From: an uncultured Thermoleophilia bacterium
GTDB taxonomy: Bacteria > Actinomycetota > Thermoleophilia > Gaiellales > Gaiellaceae
DNA length: 64,000 nucleotides
Assembly (NCBI GenBank): GCA_963792455.1
Contig: CAWBWA010000005.1
Span: 10,010 to 74,009, forward strand
Reading direction: 5' to 3'
Shown here: positions 1 through 9,256 of the stretch, piece after piece
Layout of the letters: each line of letters starts with the position of its first letter
Numbering within the stretch: position 1 is the first letter of the stretch
Made by a program: the position numbers and the translations under genes
The notes under the pieces: generated by a model
Seen by the model: only the letters and a program-made list of their open reading frames with translations
What the model was told of the DNA's origin: nothing
The model's database searches: none

Positions 1-597
1 GGCGATCGCGGCTGCCGTGTGCTCGATCCGCCCGAGGGGCCGGAGACCGACGCGCACGAGCCAGAGGCCGAGCACGAAGACCGCTCCGAGAACCGAGAGA
101 GCGACGACGATCTCGACGAGGAGCAACTGATGCAGCGTGTCGTCGACCTCGTCCAGCGGTGCCGCGACGACGAGGAGCTGGCCGGCGCCGAACGGCTCGA
201 GCTTGACCCTGAAGCGTGTCCCACCCGTCACGGCAGCGACCGTGAACGGATGCCTGCCGCCTGCCGCGGCAGTCGCCTGCTTGGCGGAAAGACCGGGCTG
301 CGGCAACGGTGTCTCTCCGGGCCGGGTCCCGATCGCGGCCCAGCGGACGGTGCCGTCCGCGTCGACCGACCCGACGTAGATCCCGGGGTTCGCCTCGCCG
401 ATCGCGTCGAGGCCGGCAGGGCCGGCCCTGCCCCGCTCGAGCGAGCGCTCGATCGCCTGGGCGCTTCCCGTCACCGTGCGATCGACACGGTCGACCAGGA
501 AGGAGCGGAGCGATGCGTAGGTCGCGATGCCCGCGACGACCAGCCCGAGCGCCGTGAGCGACACGAGGACCGTGAGGAGACGAGCCCTCAGCGACAT
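1..597 (-). CDS. Sensor histidine kinase, N-terminal part (TM-extracellular-TM-HAMP); runs off the window edge
   Basis: Not in the ORF track. My minus-strand translation from ATG 597 gives MSLRARLLTVLVSLTALGLVVAGIATYASLRSFL...LWLVRVGLRPLGRIEHTAAAIA. Lies downstream of an OmpR-family regulator. Confidence 0.9.
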   Translation of the reverse strand, partial: MSLRARLLTVLVSLTALGLVVAGIATYASLRSFLVDRVDRTVTGSAQAIERSLERGRAGPAGLDAIGEANPGIYVGSVDADGTVRWAAIGTRPGETPLPQPGLSAKQATAAAGGRHPFTVAAVTGGTRFRVKLEPFGAGQLLVVAAPLDEVDDTLHQLLLVEIVVALSVLGAVFVLGLWLVRVGLRPLGRIEHTAAAIA

Positions 598-673
598 GCC
601 GCGAGCTGTCCGACAGCGGATGGTCGGGCGCACCAAGCGAGTGCAGAAGCCGATGGCCGCGGGCGGACGGGCG

Positions 674-747
674 AGCCCGGCGACCGGCTGAAGCCGGGCG
701 CCACGCCCAACCGCAAGCCCGGCGACCGGCTGAAGCCGGGCGCCACG
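674..747 (+). repeat. Two tandem REP-like hairpins (42-bp period)
   Basis: agcccggcgaccggctgaagccgggcgccacg at 674-705 and 716-747, in the gap between regulator and kinase. Confidence 0.85.
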
Positions 748-775
748 GCGAAGGAGGGCGCGGCCGGTGACACGC

Positions 776-1483
776 CTACGACTCGCGCAGCGCGTAGCCG
801 ACGAGCCGCACCGTGTGGATCAGCGGCGGGCCGAGCGGATCGAGCTTCTTGCGCAGGTAGCTGACGTACGTCTCGACGACGTTCGCATCGCCGCCGAAGT
901 CGTAGTGCCAGACGTTGTCGAGGATCTGGCGCTTGGTCAGCACCCGCCGCGGGTTCAGCATCAGGAACCGGAGCAGCTCGAACTCGGTGCGCGTCAACTC
1001 GATCGGCTGGTCGCCGCGCCGCACCTCGCGCGTCTCCTCGTCGAGGGAAAGGTCGGCGAAGCGCATGGCACCGTCCGTCCCGTCCTCGTCGCCACGCGTG
1101 CGCCGCAGCACCGCCTGCACCCGAGCCACGATCTCGGCCAGGCTGAAGGGCTTGGTGACGTAGTCGTCGGCGAGCGCGAGCCCCGCCACCTTGTCCTCCG
1201 TCGCATCCTTCGCCGTCAGGAAGATCACGGGGACGCGCTGGTTTCCGTCCCGCAGCCGCCGGGCGATCGCGAAGCCGTCGAGATCGGGCAGCATCACGTC
1301 GAGCACGATCAGGTCGGGCCGGAACTCGTCGATCGCCGTCTCGGCCGCCCGGCCGGCGCCAACCTCCATCGTCTCGTAGCCCTCGTAGCGGAGGGCGGTC
1401 GCGACCGCGTCCGTGATCGACGGCTCGTCGTCGACGACGAGCACGCGGCCGGCGGTCGCGGGAAGGGCTGCTGTCTCGGCCAT
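776..1483 (-). CDS. OmpR/PhoB-family response regulator (PhoP/TcrX/MprA-like)
   Basis: VLVVDDE, LDVMLPDLDG, FLTAKD, DDYVTKPF receiver motifs; wHTH with NVVETYVSYLRKKL...IHTVRLVGY. Confidence 0.97.
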   Translation of the reverse strand: MAETAALPATAGRVLVVDDEPSITDAVATALRYEGYETMEVGAGRAAETAIDEFRPDLIVLDVMLPDLDGFAIARRLRDGNQRVPVIFLTAKDATEDKVAGLALADDYVTKPFSLAEIVARVQAVLRRTRGDEDGTDGAMRFADLSLDEETREVRRGDQPIELTRTEFELLRFLMLNPRRVLTKRQILDNVWHYDFGGDANVVETYVSYLRKKLDPLGPPLIHTVRLVGYALRES

Positions 1484-2127
1484 CGGTCGTAGACTGCCAG
1501 CAGTTCCTGTGAACCGCCTGAGAGTCGGCTGTGACTCGAAGCGAATCGGCGGCGATTCGCCCTCCGGGTCGAGCGGCCGCTACCTCGTCCAGATCGATCC
1601 TCCGAAGAACCCGACCGACGTGACGCCGGGCGGGAGCGGAAGACGGCGAGCGAGGTGCGGGTGAGTGACTCCGCCTGCTCGAGCTGGGAGAGGACGGAGG
1701 TCTTGCGGGCGCGGCGAAGGTCGAGCTTGAGGAAGCCGCTGCGGTTCAGCTCTCGCTCGACCGTGGCCGAGAGACCGCGCGCGGTGCGAAGCGACGAGGT
1801 CGGGGAGAGCAGGAGCATCTGCCTGCGCCACCCGGAGAGCTGCTTCATGGTGCGCGCGGCACGACCCGCCGGGTCGCCCTTGTACCGCAGCGCCTCCTCC
1901 AGGTTGGCGCCGATCCAGTTGACGATCGGCGCTCCCGCGAGCTGGATCAGAAGCCCTTGCGGGCTGACGTGGAGCACCGTACGGGCGAGCCAGTTGACCG
2001 CGAGTCGCTCGACCTGGAAGCGCACCTGCTGCTTCAACGGCACGTCGAGCGCGATCGAGAGGCCGGTCGCGTTCGTGATCGCCCGCTCGGCCTGCGAGCG
2101 CACCCTGGTCGTCAACGCCTGACGCAA
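1309..2127 (-). CDS. Hypothetical protein or gene fragment; true 3' end probably near 1580
   Basis: Protein-like composition for about 160 aa, then R/S-rich off-frame text overlapping the regulator; weak TTG start. Confidence 0.35.
   Translation of the reverse strand: MRQALTTRVRSQAERAITNATGLSIALDVPLKQQVRFQVERLAVNWLARTVLHVSPQGLLIQLAGAPIVNWIGANLEEALRYKGDPAGRAARTMKQLSGWRRQMLLLSPTSSLRTARGLSATVERELNRSGFLKLDLRRARKTSVLSQLEQAESLTRTSLAVFRSRPASRRSGSSEDRSGRGSGRSTRRANRRRFASSHSRLSGGSQELLAVYDRWPRQQPFPRPPAACSSSTTSRRSRTRSRPPSATRATRRWRLAPAGRPRRRSTSSGPT
1507..1534 (-). promoter_or_regulatory. PhoP/MprA-type direct-repeat box
   Basis: Minus strand reads tcacag-N5-tctcag-N5-tcacag just upstream of the regulator start. 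Confidence 0.8.
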
Positions 2128-2195
2128 GCGGTCGACGCGAGAGGAGCGCGGTCAGGCGCAGCGCCTCCGGCGGCGGGCGCGACAGGAGCGTCCGG

Positions 2196-2867
2196 TCAGG
2201 CGTCGGCCGCCGCTGCGCGACGGGCAGCACAGCTCCGACTGCGTCTCCCACGCTCGACCGATCCGCGGGCCGGACCACGTCGGCGTTCAGCGCGATCCGG
2301 CCGCGGAACCGGCGCCCGATGTCCTTCAGCACCTCGGGATCACGCTCGAGCGTGTCCGGGTCGACGGTCGTCATCGGGCAACGGGCGCGCAGCGAATCGA
2401 GCCGGATCACGGCGTCGCCGACGTGAAGCTCTGCCCCCTCCCACCCGCGCTCGGCGAGGCCCTCGACTCCGCCGACGACGATGTTCGGCCGGAGCCTCCG
2501 CACGTCGCGGCCGAAGGCGGCAACGGCACCGTCGGTCGCCACGAGGAGCGGGAGAATGTCGAAGCGGGCGAGCCCGTCGAACGCCGCGAGCTCGGCGTCG
2601 TCGCCGGCTGCCGCCCGCACGAGCGCGAGCGCCTCGGGTGAGTCCCACGCAGTGTCCGTCGACGAGCGGGCGCCCCGCCGGGTCGAGCGTCCCGTGCAGG
2701 CCGAGCAGGTGGTGCTGACGGCGCGACGTGCGGACGCCCTCGGGGCCGCGGACGTGGACGATCCGGTCGCCGGGAATCCCGTTGGCGGTCAGCTCGGCCG
2801 TCTCGAGGCGCTCGCCGGCGAGCGTCTTCACCGGGTAGCGCCAGAGCTGCTCGACGAAGAGGCTCAT
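2196..2867 (-). CDS. MOSC domain protein (frameshifted)
   Basis: LWRYPVKTLAGE in ORF 2340-2867; RRLRPNIVVGG, RARCPMTTVDP, GRIALNADV in ORF 1580-2620; end approximate. Confidence 0.88.
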
Positions 2868-3445
2868 CGTGCGGCCCCGAGCAGGACGGACGCCGCGGCG
2901 CGCGCCGCGTCGATCGGCTCACGCGAGGAGAGAACGGCAGCCTCGACCATGGCACCGTCGAGGAGCACGCCGATCATCCGGCCGAGCCGCTCGGGGTGGG
3001 CGTAGCCACCCTCGTGCGCGAGTGAGCTGAGATACCTCAGAAGATCCTCCTTGTGGCCGGCGATGATCCGCCGGTGGGTGTCGTCGATCTCGGTCGTCTC
3101 GGCCGCGGTGTTGACGAAGGCGCAGCCCCGGTAGCCGGGCGAGGCGGCCCATTCGGCGAGCGCGTCGAAGGTCGCGAGGAGAGGCTCCCCGCCGGCGCCG
3201 CAGAGCCGCTCGGTCGCTCCCTCGAACCACTCCATCCAGGTCGTGTGGCGGGCCGTCAACCAGGCGGCGACGAGATCGCTCTTCGAGGGATAGAGCCCGT
3301 AGAGCCGTCGCAACGAGACGCCGGAGTCGTCGCGAATGTCGGCCATCCCGACGCCTGCGACGCCGCGGGCATAGAAGACCGCATCGGCCGAGCGAAGCAC
3401 GGCCGAGCGCGCCGCGTCGTCGTCGAGGGTCGCGGCGGGGCTCAT
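2864..3445 (-). CDS. TetR-family regulator
   Basis: [43 protein letters not shown]; YRGCAFVN; ATG 3445 overlaps upstream stop. Confidence 0.93.
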   Translation of the reverse strand: MSPAATLDDDAARSAVLRSADAVFYARGVAGVGMADIRDDSGVSLRRLYGLYPSKSDLVAAWLTARHTTWMEWFEGATERLCGAGGEPLLATFDALAEWAASPGYRGCAFVNTAAETTEIDDTHRRIIAGHKEDLLRYLSSLAHEGGYAHPERLGRMIGVLLDGAMVEAAVLSSREPIDAARAAASVLLGAAR

Positions 3446-3900
3446 CGGAGCGGGATCCCGCTGTCGTCGCCCTCGGGGCGGGGGCCGAGGATCCGCCGCT
3501 CGGACTCGTCGATCGCGACGTCGTTGATGCTGGCCTCGCGCCGCCGCATCAGCCCGTCGGCGTCGAACTCCCAGAGCTCGTTGCCGTAGGAGCGGAACCA
3601 GTTGCCGTCTGCGTCGTGCCACTCGTACTGGAACCTGACCGCGATCCGGTCGGGGCCGAACGTCCAGAGATCCTTGCGCAGCGCGTAGTCGAGCTCGCGC
3701 TCCCACTTGCGCGCGAGGAAGGCCCTGATCTCCTCGCGGCCGCTGACGAACTCGTCGCGGTTCCGCCACTCCGAGTCGACGGTGTAGGCCGCCGCGACCC
3801 GGTCGGGGTCGCGCGTGTTCCAGGCGGCCTCGGCGGCGAGGACTTTCTGGCGGGCAGTGGCGGCGTCGAACGGGGGCACGGGCGGGCGGGCGACGGACAC
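3442..3900 (-). CDS. DUF1348 / SnoaL-NTF2-like protein
   Basis: [54 protein letters not shown]. Confidence 0.93.
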   Translation of the reverse strand: MSVARPPVPPFDAATARQKVLAAEAAWNTRDPDRVAAAYTVDSEWRNRDEFVSGREEIRAFLARKWERELDYALRKDLWTFGPDRIAVRFQYEWHDADGNWFRSYGNELWEFDADGLMRRREASINDVAIDESERRILGPRPEGDDSGIPLR

Positions 3901-3913
3901 GACGGGCTCCTTG

Positions 3914-3960
3914 TGAGAATGACCGTTCTCATACTACGAGAACGATCGTTCTCATGTCAA
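3914..3960 (-). promoter_or_regulatory. Sigma70-type promoter overlapped by two palindromic operators
   Basis: -35 TTGACA (3960-3955), -10 TAGTAT (3936-3931); palindromes gagaacgatcgttctc (3938-3953) and tgagaatgaccgttctca (3914-3931). Confidence 0.85.
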
Positions 3961-3966
3961 GCCCGT

Positions 3967-5031
3967 TTACGCGAACGCGCGGCGCAGCTGGACGAAGAGC
4001 GCATCGAGCCAGAGGCCCGGATTGACGTTGAACTCCTCTGCCCTGCGCCACGCCTGGCGCACCAGAGCCGCGGCGCGCTCCGGCGCCCGGCCGAGGTCGC
4101 GCGCCACGTCGGCCCGGAGATCGTCGAGCCGGTCGGCGTGGATCGTGGCGCTCTCGGCACCGCTGGCGACGACCACGAGATCGCGATACCAGGCGGCAAG
4201 CTCCTCGAGCTGGGCGAGCAGCTCCTCGCGCTCGGCGCCCCGCTGCACCCGCTTGACCCGCTGCTCGGCTTCCTTCTCCGACAGGTCGAGCCCCGCCACG
4301 ACCAGCTCCTCCCTCTCCTTGGCGGTCGCCCCGCGGAGGGCGACCGCGTCGAGCAGCGCGCGCGACGCGTCGACCGGCTGGAACGCCGGGTCGAGGTAGG
4401 GGCCGCGCGCGGCGGCGATGATCGCCGCGCGCCGCTCACGCACGTCGGGGTCGATCAGCCGGCGTGCCCGGTCGAGGCGCCCGCCGGCGACGCGCGCGAG
4501 CGCCGTCGTCTCCGCCTCCCCGAGCTCCGGCGCCTCCACGGCGAGCCATTCGCGCACGGCGCGCTCGGAGAGCCGCCGGAACGGGATCGGCTGGCAGCGC
4601 GAGCGGATCGTCTCGGGGATCGGGCCCAGCGTGTCCGCGACCAGCACGATCGTGGCGTAGAGCGGCGGCTCCTCGAGATCCTTGAGCAGCTTGTTGGCCG
4701 CTTCGACGTTGAGCAGGTGCGCCCCGAGCAGGAGGTACACGCGACGGTCGGCCTCGAAGGGGCGGAGGTGAAGATCGTGGTGGAGAACGTCGATCTCCTT
4801 GATCCGGATCATCTCTCCGAGCGGCTCGATCACCATCAGATCGGGGTGGGTTCGCTCCAGGACCCGGCGTGCGTCGCCGAGCTGGGCTCCCGCGAAGGCG
4901 AACGCCGCCGCGGTCTTGCCGACGCCGGCGGGGCCGTGAAAGAGAAACGCGTGCGCGTCGCCCTCGCCGAGCGCGGCCGTCAGCAGTCGCTTCGCCTCGT
5001 GCTGCTCAGGAACCGCTGCGAACGGCTGCAT
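3967..5031 (-). CDS. holB: DNA polymerase III subunit delta'
   Basis: HAFLFHGPAGVGK, HPD, AANKLLKDLEEPP, TIRSRC; directly downstream of tmk. Confidence 0.93.
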   Translation of the reverse strand: MQPFAAVPEQHEAKRLLTAALGEGDAHAFLFHGPAGVGKTAAAFAFAGAQLGDARRVLERTHPDLMVIEPLGEMIRIKEIDVLHHDLHLRPFEADRRVYLLLGAHLLNVEAANKLLKDLEEPPLYATIVLVADTLGPIPETIRSRCQPIPFRRLSERAVREWLAVEAPELGEAETTALARVAGGRLDRARRLIDPDVRERRAAIIAAARGPYLDPAFQPVDASRALLDAVALRGATAKEREELVVAGLDLSEKEAEQRVKRVQRGAEREELLAQLEELAAWYRDLVVVASGAESATIHADRLDDLRADVARDLGRAPERAAALVRQAWRRAEEFNVNPGLWLDALFVQLRRAFA

Positions 5032-5605
5032 GAATCTCCTCTGCGATCGTCTCGGGGGGCGCAGTGCCGTCGATCGTGACGTACCGCGCGGGGAAGCGCC
5101 GCGCGAGCTCGCGGTAGGCGTCGGCGACCCGGGTGCGGAAGCTGTCGCCCTCGCGCTCGATCCGGTCGAGGTCGCCCCCCATTCTCGCAGCGGCCTCGGC
5201 GACGCCGATCTCGAGCAGGATCGTCCGGTCGGGCATCAGCCCCTCGACCGCCGCCAGGTTGAGCTCGAGCACGCGCTCGAGCCCGAGACCGCGGGCGATT
5301 CCCTGATAGGCGACCGACGAGTCGACGTAGCGGTCGCAGATGACGGTCGCGCCGCGCGCGAGCGCAGGCCGGATCAGCTGCTCCACGTGCTGGGCACGCG
5401 ACGCGGCATAGAGCGCCGCCTCGGCCCAGGGGGCGACGTCACCGCCGTGCAGCACCAGGTCGCGGATCTCCTCCCCGAGCGGCGTGCCTCCGGGCTCGCG
5501 TGTGAGGACGACCTCGTGGCCCTCGGCCTCGAGGCGGGCGCCGAGCAGGCGAGCCTGGGTGGTCTTGCCGGAGCCGTCGAGGCCCTCGAGTGTGACGAAC
5601 ATCAT
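5006..5605 (-). CDS. tmk: Thymidylate kinase
   Basis: MFVTLEGLDGSGKTTQ, TREPGGT, CDRYVDSSVAYQG; start ATG 5605 or 5602. Confidence 0.97.
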   Translation of the reverse strand: MMFVTLEGLDGSGKTTQARLLGARLEAEGHEVVLTREPGGTPLGEEIRDLVLHGGDVAPWAEAALYAASRAQHVEQLIRPALARGATVICDRYVDSSVAYQGIARGLGLERVLELNLAAVEGLMPDRTILLEIGVAEAAARMGGDLDRIEREGDSFRTRVADAYRELARRFPARYVTIDGTAPPETIAEEIHAAVRSGS

Positions 5606-5621
5606 CGAGTAGATTACGGCG

Positions 5622-6533
5622 ATGACGATCCTCGTCACCGGCGGTGCCGGTTTCATCGGCTCGCACGTCGTCGAGGCACTGCTCGCGCGGGGCGACGCCG
5701 TCCACGTCGTCGACGACCTCTCGAAGGGCGTGCGCGAGAACGTACCGGCCGCCGCGACCCTCCACGTCCACGACGTCCGCGAGCCGTTCGACGCGATCGT
5801 CCGCGAGGCCGGCGCCCGCGCGATCGTCCATCTCGCGGCGCAGGCCGACGTGCGCGTCTCGGTCTCGGAGCCCGCGCGAGACGGCGCGATCAACGTGCTC
5901 GGCACCGTGAACGCGCTCGAGGCGGCGCGGCACGTCGGCGCCCGCGTCGTCTTCGCGTCCACCGGCGGAGCAATCTACGGCGAGTGCGAGCGACCCGCGC
6001 GCGAGGACGATCCCTGCCTGCCTCTCTCTCCGTACGGCGCCGCGAAGCTCGCGGGCGAGGGCTACCTCGGCGCATTCGCGCGGCTCTACGAGACGAAGCA
6101 CGTCGCACTGCGGTTCGGCAACGTCTACGGGCCGCGCCAGGATCCCCACGGCGAGGCCGGGGTCGTCGCGATCTTCCTCGGCCGGCTCCTCGACGGCGAG
6201 CCGTGCCGGATCTTCGGCGACGGCTCCCAGAGCCGGGACTACGTCTACGTGGGCGACGTCGCGCGGGCGACGCTCTCGGCCCTGGACGGTGACGTCGGCG
6301 GCGTCCTGAACATCGGCACGGGCATCGCAACCTCGGTGCTCGACCTCTACGAGGTCTGTCGCTGGGTTGCCGGTTCGGATGCGGAGGCCGTCCACGAGGC
6401 GGCGCGCGCCGGCGAGCTCGGACGAAGCGTGCTCGACTGCGAGCGCGCCGCGGCCGAGATCGGCTTCCGGGCCGAGACGTCGCTCGCGACCGGTGTCGCG
6501 TCGACGTGGCAGTCACTGCAGCCGGCCCGCTGA
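5622..6533 (+). CDS. NDP-sugar 4-epimerase (GalE-like extended SDR)
   Basis: TGGAGFIGSH, HLAAQ, STGGAIYG, YGAAK, NVYGPRQ, RDYVYVGD. Confidence 0.93.
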   Translation: MTILVTGGAGFIGSHVVEALLARGDAVHVVDDLSKGVRENVPAAATLHVHDVREPFDAIVREAGARAIVHLAAQADVRVSVSEPARDGAINVLGTVNALEAARHVGARVVFASTGGAIYGECERPAREDDPCLPLSPYGAAKLAGEGYLGAFARLYETKHVALRFGNVYGPRQDPHGEAGVVAIFLGRLLDGEPCRIFGDGSQSRDYVYVGDVARATLSALDGDVGGVLNIGTGIATSVLDLYEVCRWVAGSDAEAVHEAARAGELGRSVLDCERAAAEIGFRAETSLATGVASTWQSLQPAR

Positions 6534-6579
6534 CCACACCCGAGAAGGAGCCCGGCGACCGCGGGCGAACGTCAGTGTC

Positions 6580-7104
6580 GTGGACGTCTCACTTCAGCAC
6601 GCCGACCGGCAGATCCGGCCGTGGCGCACGGCGGCACTCGTGGCGGCGGCCGTGGCGGCCGTCGAGCTGCTCGTGCTCGTCGTCGTCGGCGGCGCGCTGA
6701 TCGCGAAGCCCTCGACCGGCACCGCCTCCCGGCCCGTCGCCAAGACCGCCGCGGCCAAGTCGGCGAAGAAGGCCGCTCCGGTGAAGGTGCATCGCGTCGC
6801 CGCGGTACCGGCCGCGCAGCTCCGGCGCGGGAAGGTCACCGTGCTCGTTCTGAACGGCAACGGCCGCCAGGGCGCCGCAGCGTCGACGGCCTCGCGTGTC
6901 TCGCGCCGCGGCTATCGCATCGGCGGCGTCGCCAATGCGCCGCGCTCCGACTTCACGCGGAGCCTCGTGATGTACCGCAAGGGCTTCGAGGGAGAGGGTC
7001 GCCGGCTCGGCCGCGACCTCGGCATCGGCATCGTCGGCCCTCTCGACGGCCTGCGCACGTCGCAGCTGCACGGCGCCCACGCGGTCGTCGTCGTCGGCTC
7101 CTGA
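6580..7104 (+). CDS. Membrane-anchored LytR C-terminal domain protein
   Basis: TM segment, K/A-rich linker, VLVLNGNGRQGAA...VANA...VVVVG; GTG 6580 in frame. Confidence 0.8.
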   Translation: MDVSLQHADRQIRPWRTAALVAAAVAAVELLVLVVVGGALIAKPSTGTASRPVAKTAAAKSAKKAAPVKVHRVAAVPAAQLRRGKVTVLVLNGNGRQGAAASTASRVSRRGYRIGGVANAPRSDFTRSLVMYRKGFEGEGRRLGRDLGIGIVGPLDGLRTSQLHGAHAVVVVGS

Positions 7105-7135
7105 GCGGCGACCGGCTTCAGCCGGTCGTCCGGGC
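7105..7135 (-). repeat. REP-like hairpin (reverse orientation) between convergent genes
   Basis: Reverse complement is gcccggacgaccggctgaagccggtcgccgc. Confidence 0.85.
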
Positions 7136-7139
7136 AGAT

Positions 7140-9114
7140 CTACCGCCCGCAGGCCGGATTCTCCGGGTCGTCGACCGCGGCCCGCGCGACATCCAGCGGC
7201 CCGCCCGCCGAGAAACGGCTGCCGCGCGGATCGAGCGTGTAGGCGGCATTGAACGCGAAGTAGGCGCTGCACTGGTTGCCCAGGGCGAGCTGGCGGAAGA
7301 GGCCGAGCTCCCACCACGTGTCCGGGTTCTCCGGCTGCAGTCGCGTCGCCTGTTCGTAGGAACGCTCTCGGCCGCGCGCCGGTCACCGCGAGTCGTATGC
7401 GATCGCTGCACGGGCGAACAGCGGCTCGGGGGAGAGCGGGTTCAGGCTCTGAGCGCGGCGGGCGGAGACTGCGGCGGCCTTCAGGTCACGCGAGTCGATC
7501 TGCCGGTAGGCGGCGTCGACCGAGCGGGTCGCGAGCGCCGGCGCGACCAGCACCCAGATCGCCGCTCCCGCGCCGAGCACGGCGCCGGCCGAGACGAGCC
7601 CTCTCGAGCGCGCGACCGCGGCCGGGCGGCCGGCGCCGAGCAGCGCCGCCGAGACGAGTGCGGTCGGCGCGGCGACGGCGAGGAAGTCGAGGTCGTAGTC
7701 GACGAGCGCGTGCAGGCCGAACGCGACGGGTAGCGCGAGCAGCCCGACGGCTGCGGCACGCTCGCCCGGCTCGAGCCGCCCGACCGTGGCCCGGAGCCCG
7801 AGCCCGAGCGCGGCCACGAACGCGAGCCCGAGGACGAGTCCCGGCAGGCCCGTCTCGGAGAGCAGCTGGAGCGGCACGCTGTGCGGCTCGGTCACGTTCC
7901 GCGCGTCGTCGCGAACCCGCTTGCGCGCGATCTCGAACGTGCGGGCACCCGTGCCCCCGGCCGGATTGGCGCGGAAGATCTGCCACGACTCTCCCCACCA
8001 GGCGGTGCGGTTGTTCGTCTCGAGGCTGCCGAAGCGGCCCGGGTCGTTCACGACCGCTCCCGAGCCTTCGATCTGGTCTGCCGCCCAGGTGAGCGGATTG
8101 CCGACGCTGAGAACGAGCGCGGCCAGCCCGAGTGCGCCGACGACCGCGACCGTGCCGACGAGGCCGCGAACGACCTCGCGCCGTCGGCCCGCGACGAGGC
8201 GCTCGACCGGGACGAGCGCCACGAGCGCGAGGACGACCGCGGCGCCGATCACGATCCCCAGGCCGAGCAGGGCGCCGTCGGAGACACGATCCGCACGCGC
8301 ACCGCCGTCCTCGACGAGGGCCGGGCGCGTGAACGCCCACCCGGCCACGAGGATCGCAGGGCCGGTCGCAAGCAGCGCCTGGAGCGACGCCTCGACCCTC
8401 CGCTCGCCGAGCCAGAGCGAGAGAGCGACAACCGCGAGCCCGGCGAGGAGACCGGCGCGGGACTGGGTCAGGAGGATCACGAGCGTGGCCGCATAGAGGA
8501 GCAGCGCGCCCGAGGGGCGGCCGAAGCGGTCGCGCACCGAGGCGACCAGCCAGAGGCCGAGGCCGAGCGCAGCGCCCGCGAGGAGGGCGAGCGCGTTCCA
8601 GTAGCCGACCGCTCCCTTCAGTCGCGCGACGCGACCCGCATCGTCCGGGCCGAGCGACGGGATCGCCTTGCCGAGGAGCGCCCAGAGCGAGGACAGCGCC
8701 GAGCAGGGCGGCGAGGAGCAGCGCGAGCGAGCGCACGGGCCGCCGCCCGGGCAGGCAGGCGGCCGCGAGGCCGACGACGCCGAAGGCGAGGAGGACGATT
8801 CCCTTGGCGAGCGCATCCCAGGAGCGGTCGCCCGCGATCGACCACCACACGGTCAGCCCGGTCCACGCGACGAGCGCGATCGCGGCCGCTCCGGCAACGG
8901 TGCCCGCGCGATCGAGGCGGGGGAGGGTCACGAGGCCGCGCGACCACCCGACGACCAGCAGGGCAGCCACGATCACGGCAGCCGTCCCGAGCGATGCCGT
9001 TGCCCCCGTGCCAGACGCGCCGCCTGCGAAGAGCGCCCAGCCCAGAAGGACGGCGGCGGCCACAAGCACGGCACCGGCGAGACCTGATCGCGTCGCGCGT
9101 GGGGCCGCGTCCAT
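7140..9114 (-). CDS. O-antigen ligase-like (Wzy_C) polytopic membrane protein with C-terminal TPR (frameshifted)
   Basis: RLKGAVGYWNAL, LLTQSRAG, R..WW.ES...GGTGARTF, PHSVPLQLLSETGLPG, HALVDYD; pieces in ORFs 7486-9159 and 7383-8816. Confidence 0.85.
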
Positions 9115-9256
9115 GGCGGGCCACGGTACCACCACGACGACCGGTTCCCGTGACACCAAGACTTACAATTCGTTTACCCTGCACACACCGCCGCCTCAAT
9201 GGCAGCCGAGAGACTTGCCACACTCCCCGGCACCCCCTTCTCCGCCCGCCAGCACC

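Noticed and set aside
9195-9222. gcagccgagagacttgcca resembles the 3' B12 box of a cobalamin riboswitch near nrdJ
   Set aside because: The upstream conserved core is not visible, and it precedes the surface-protein gene about 860 bp from nrdJ. An Rfam scan would settle it.
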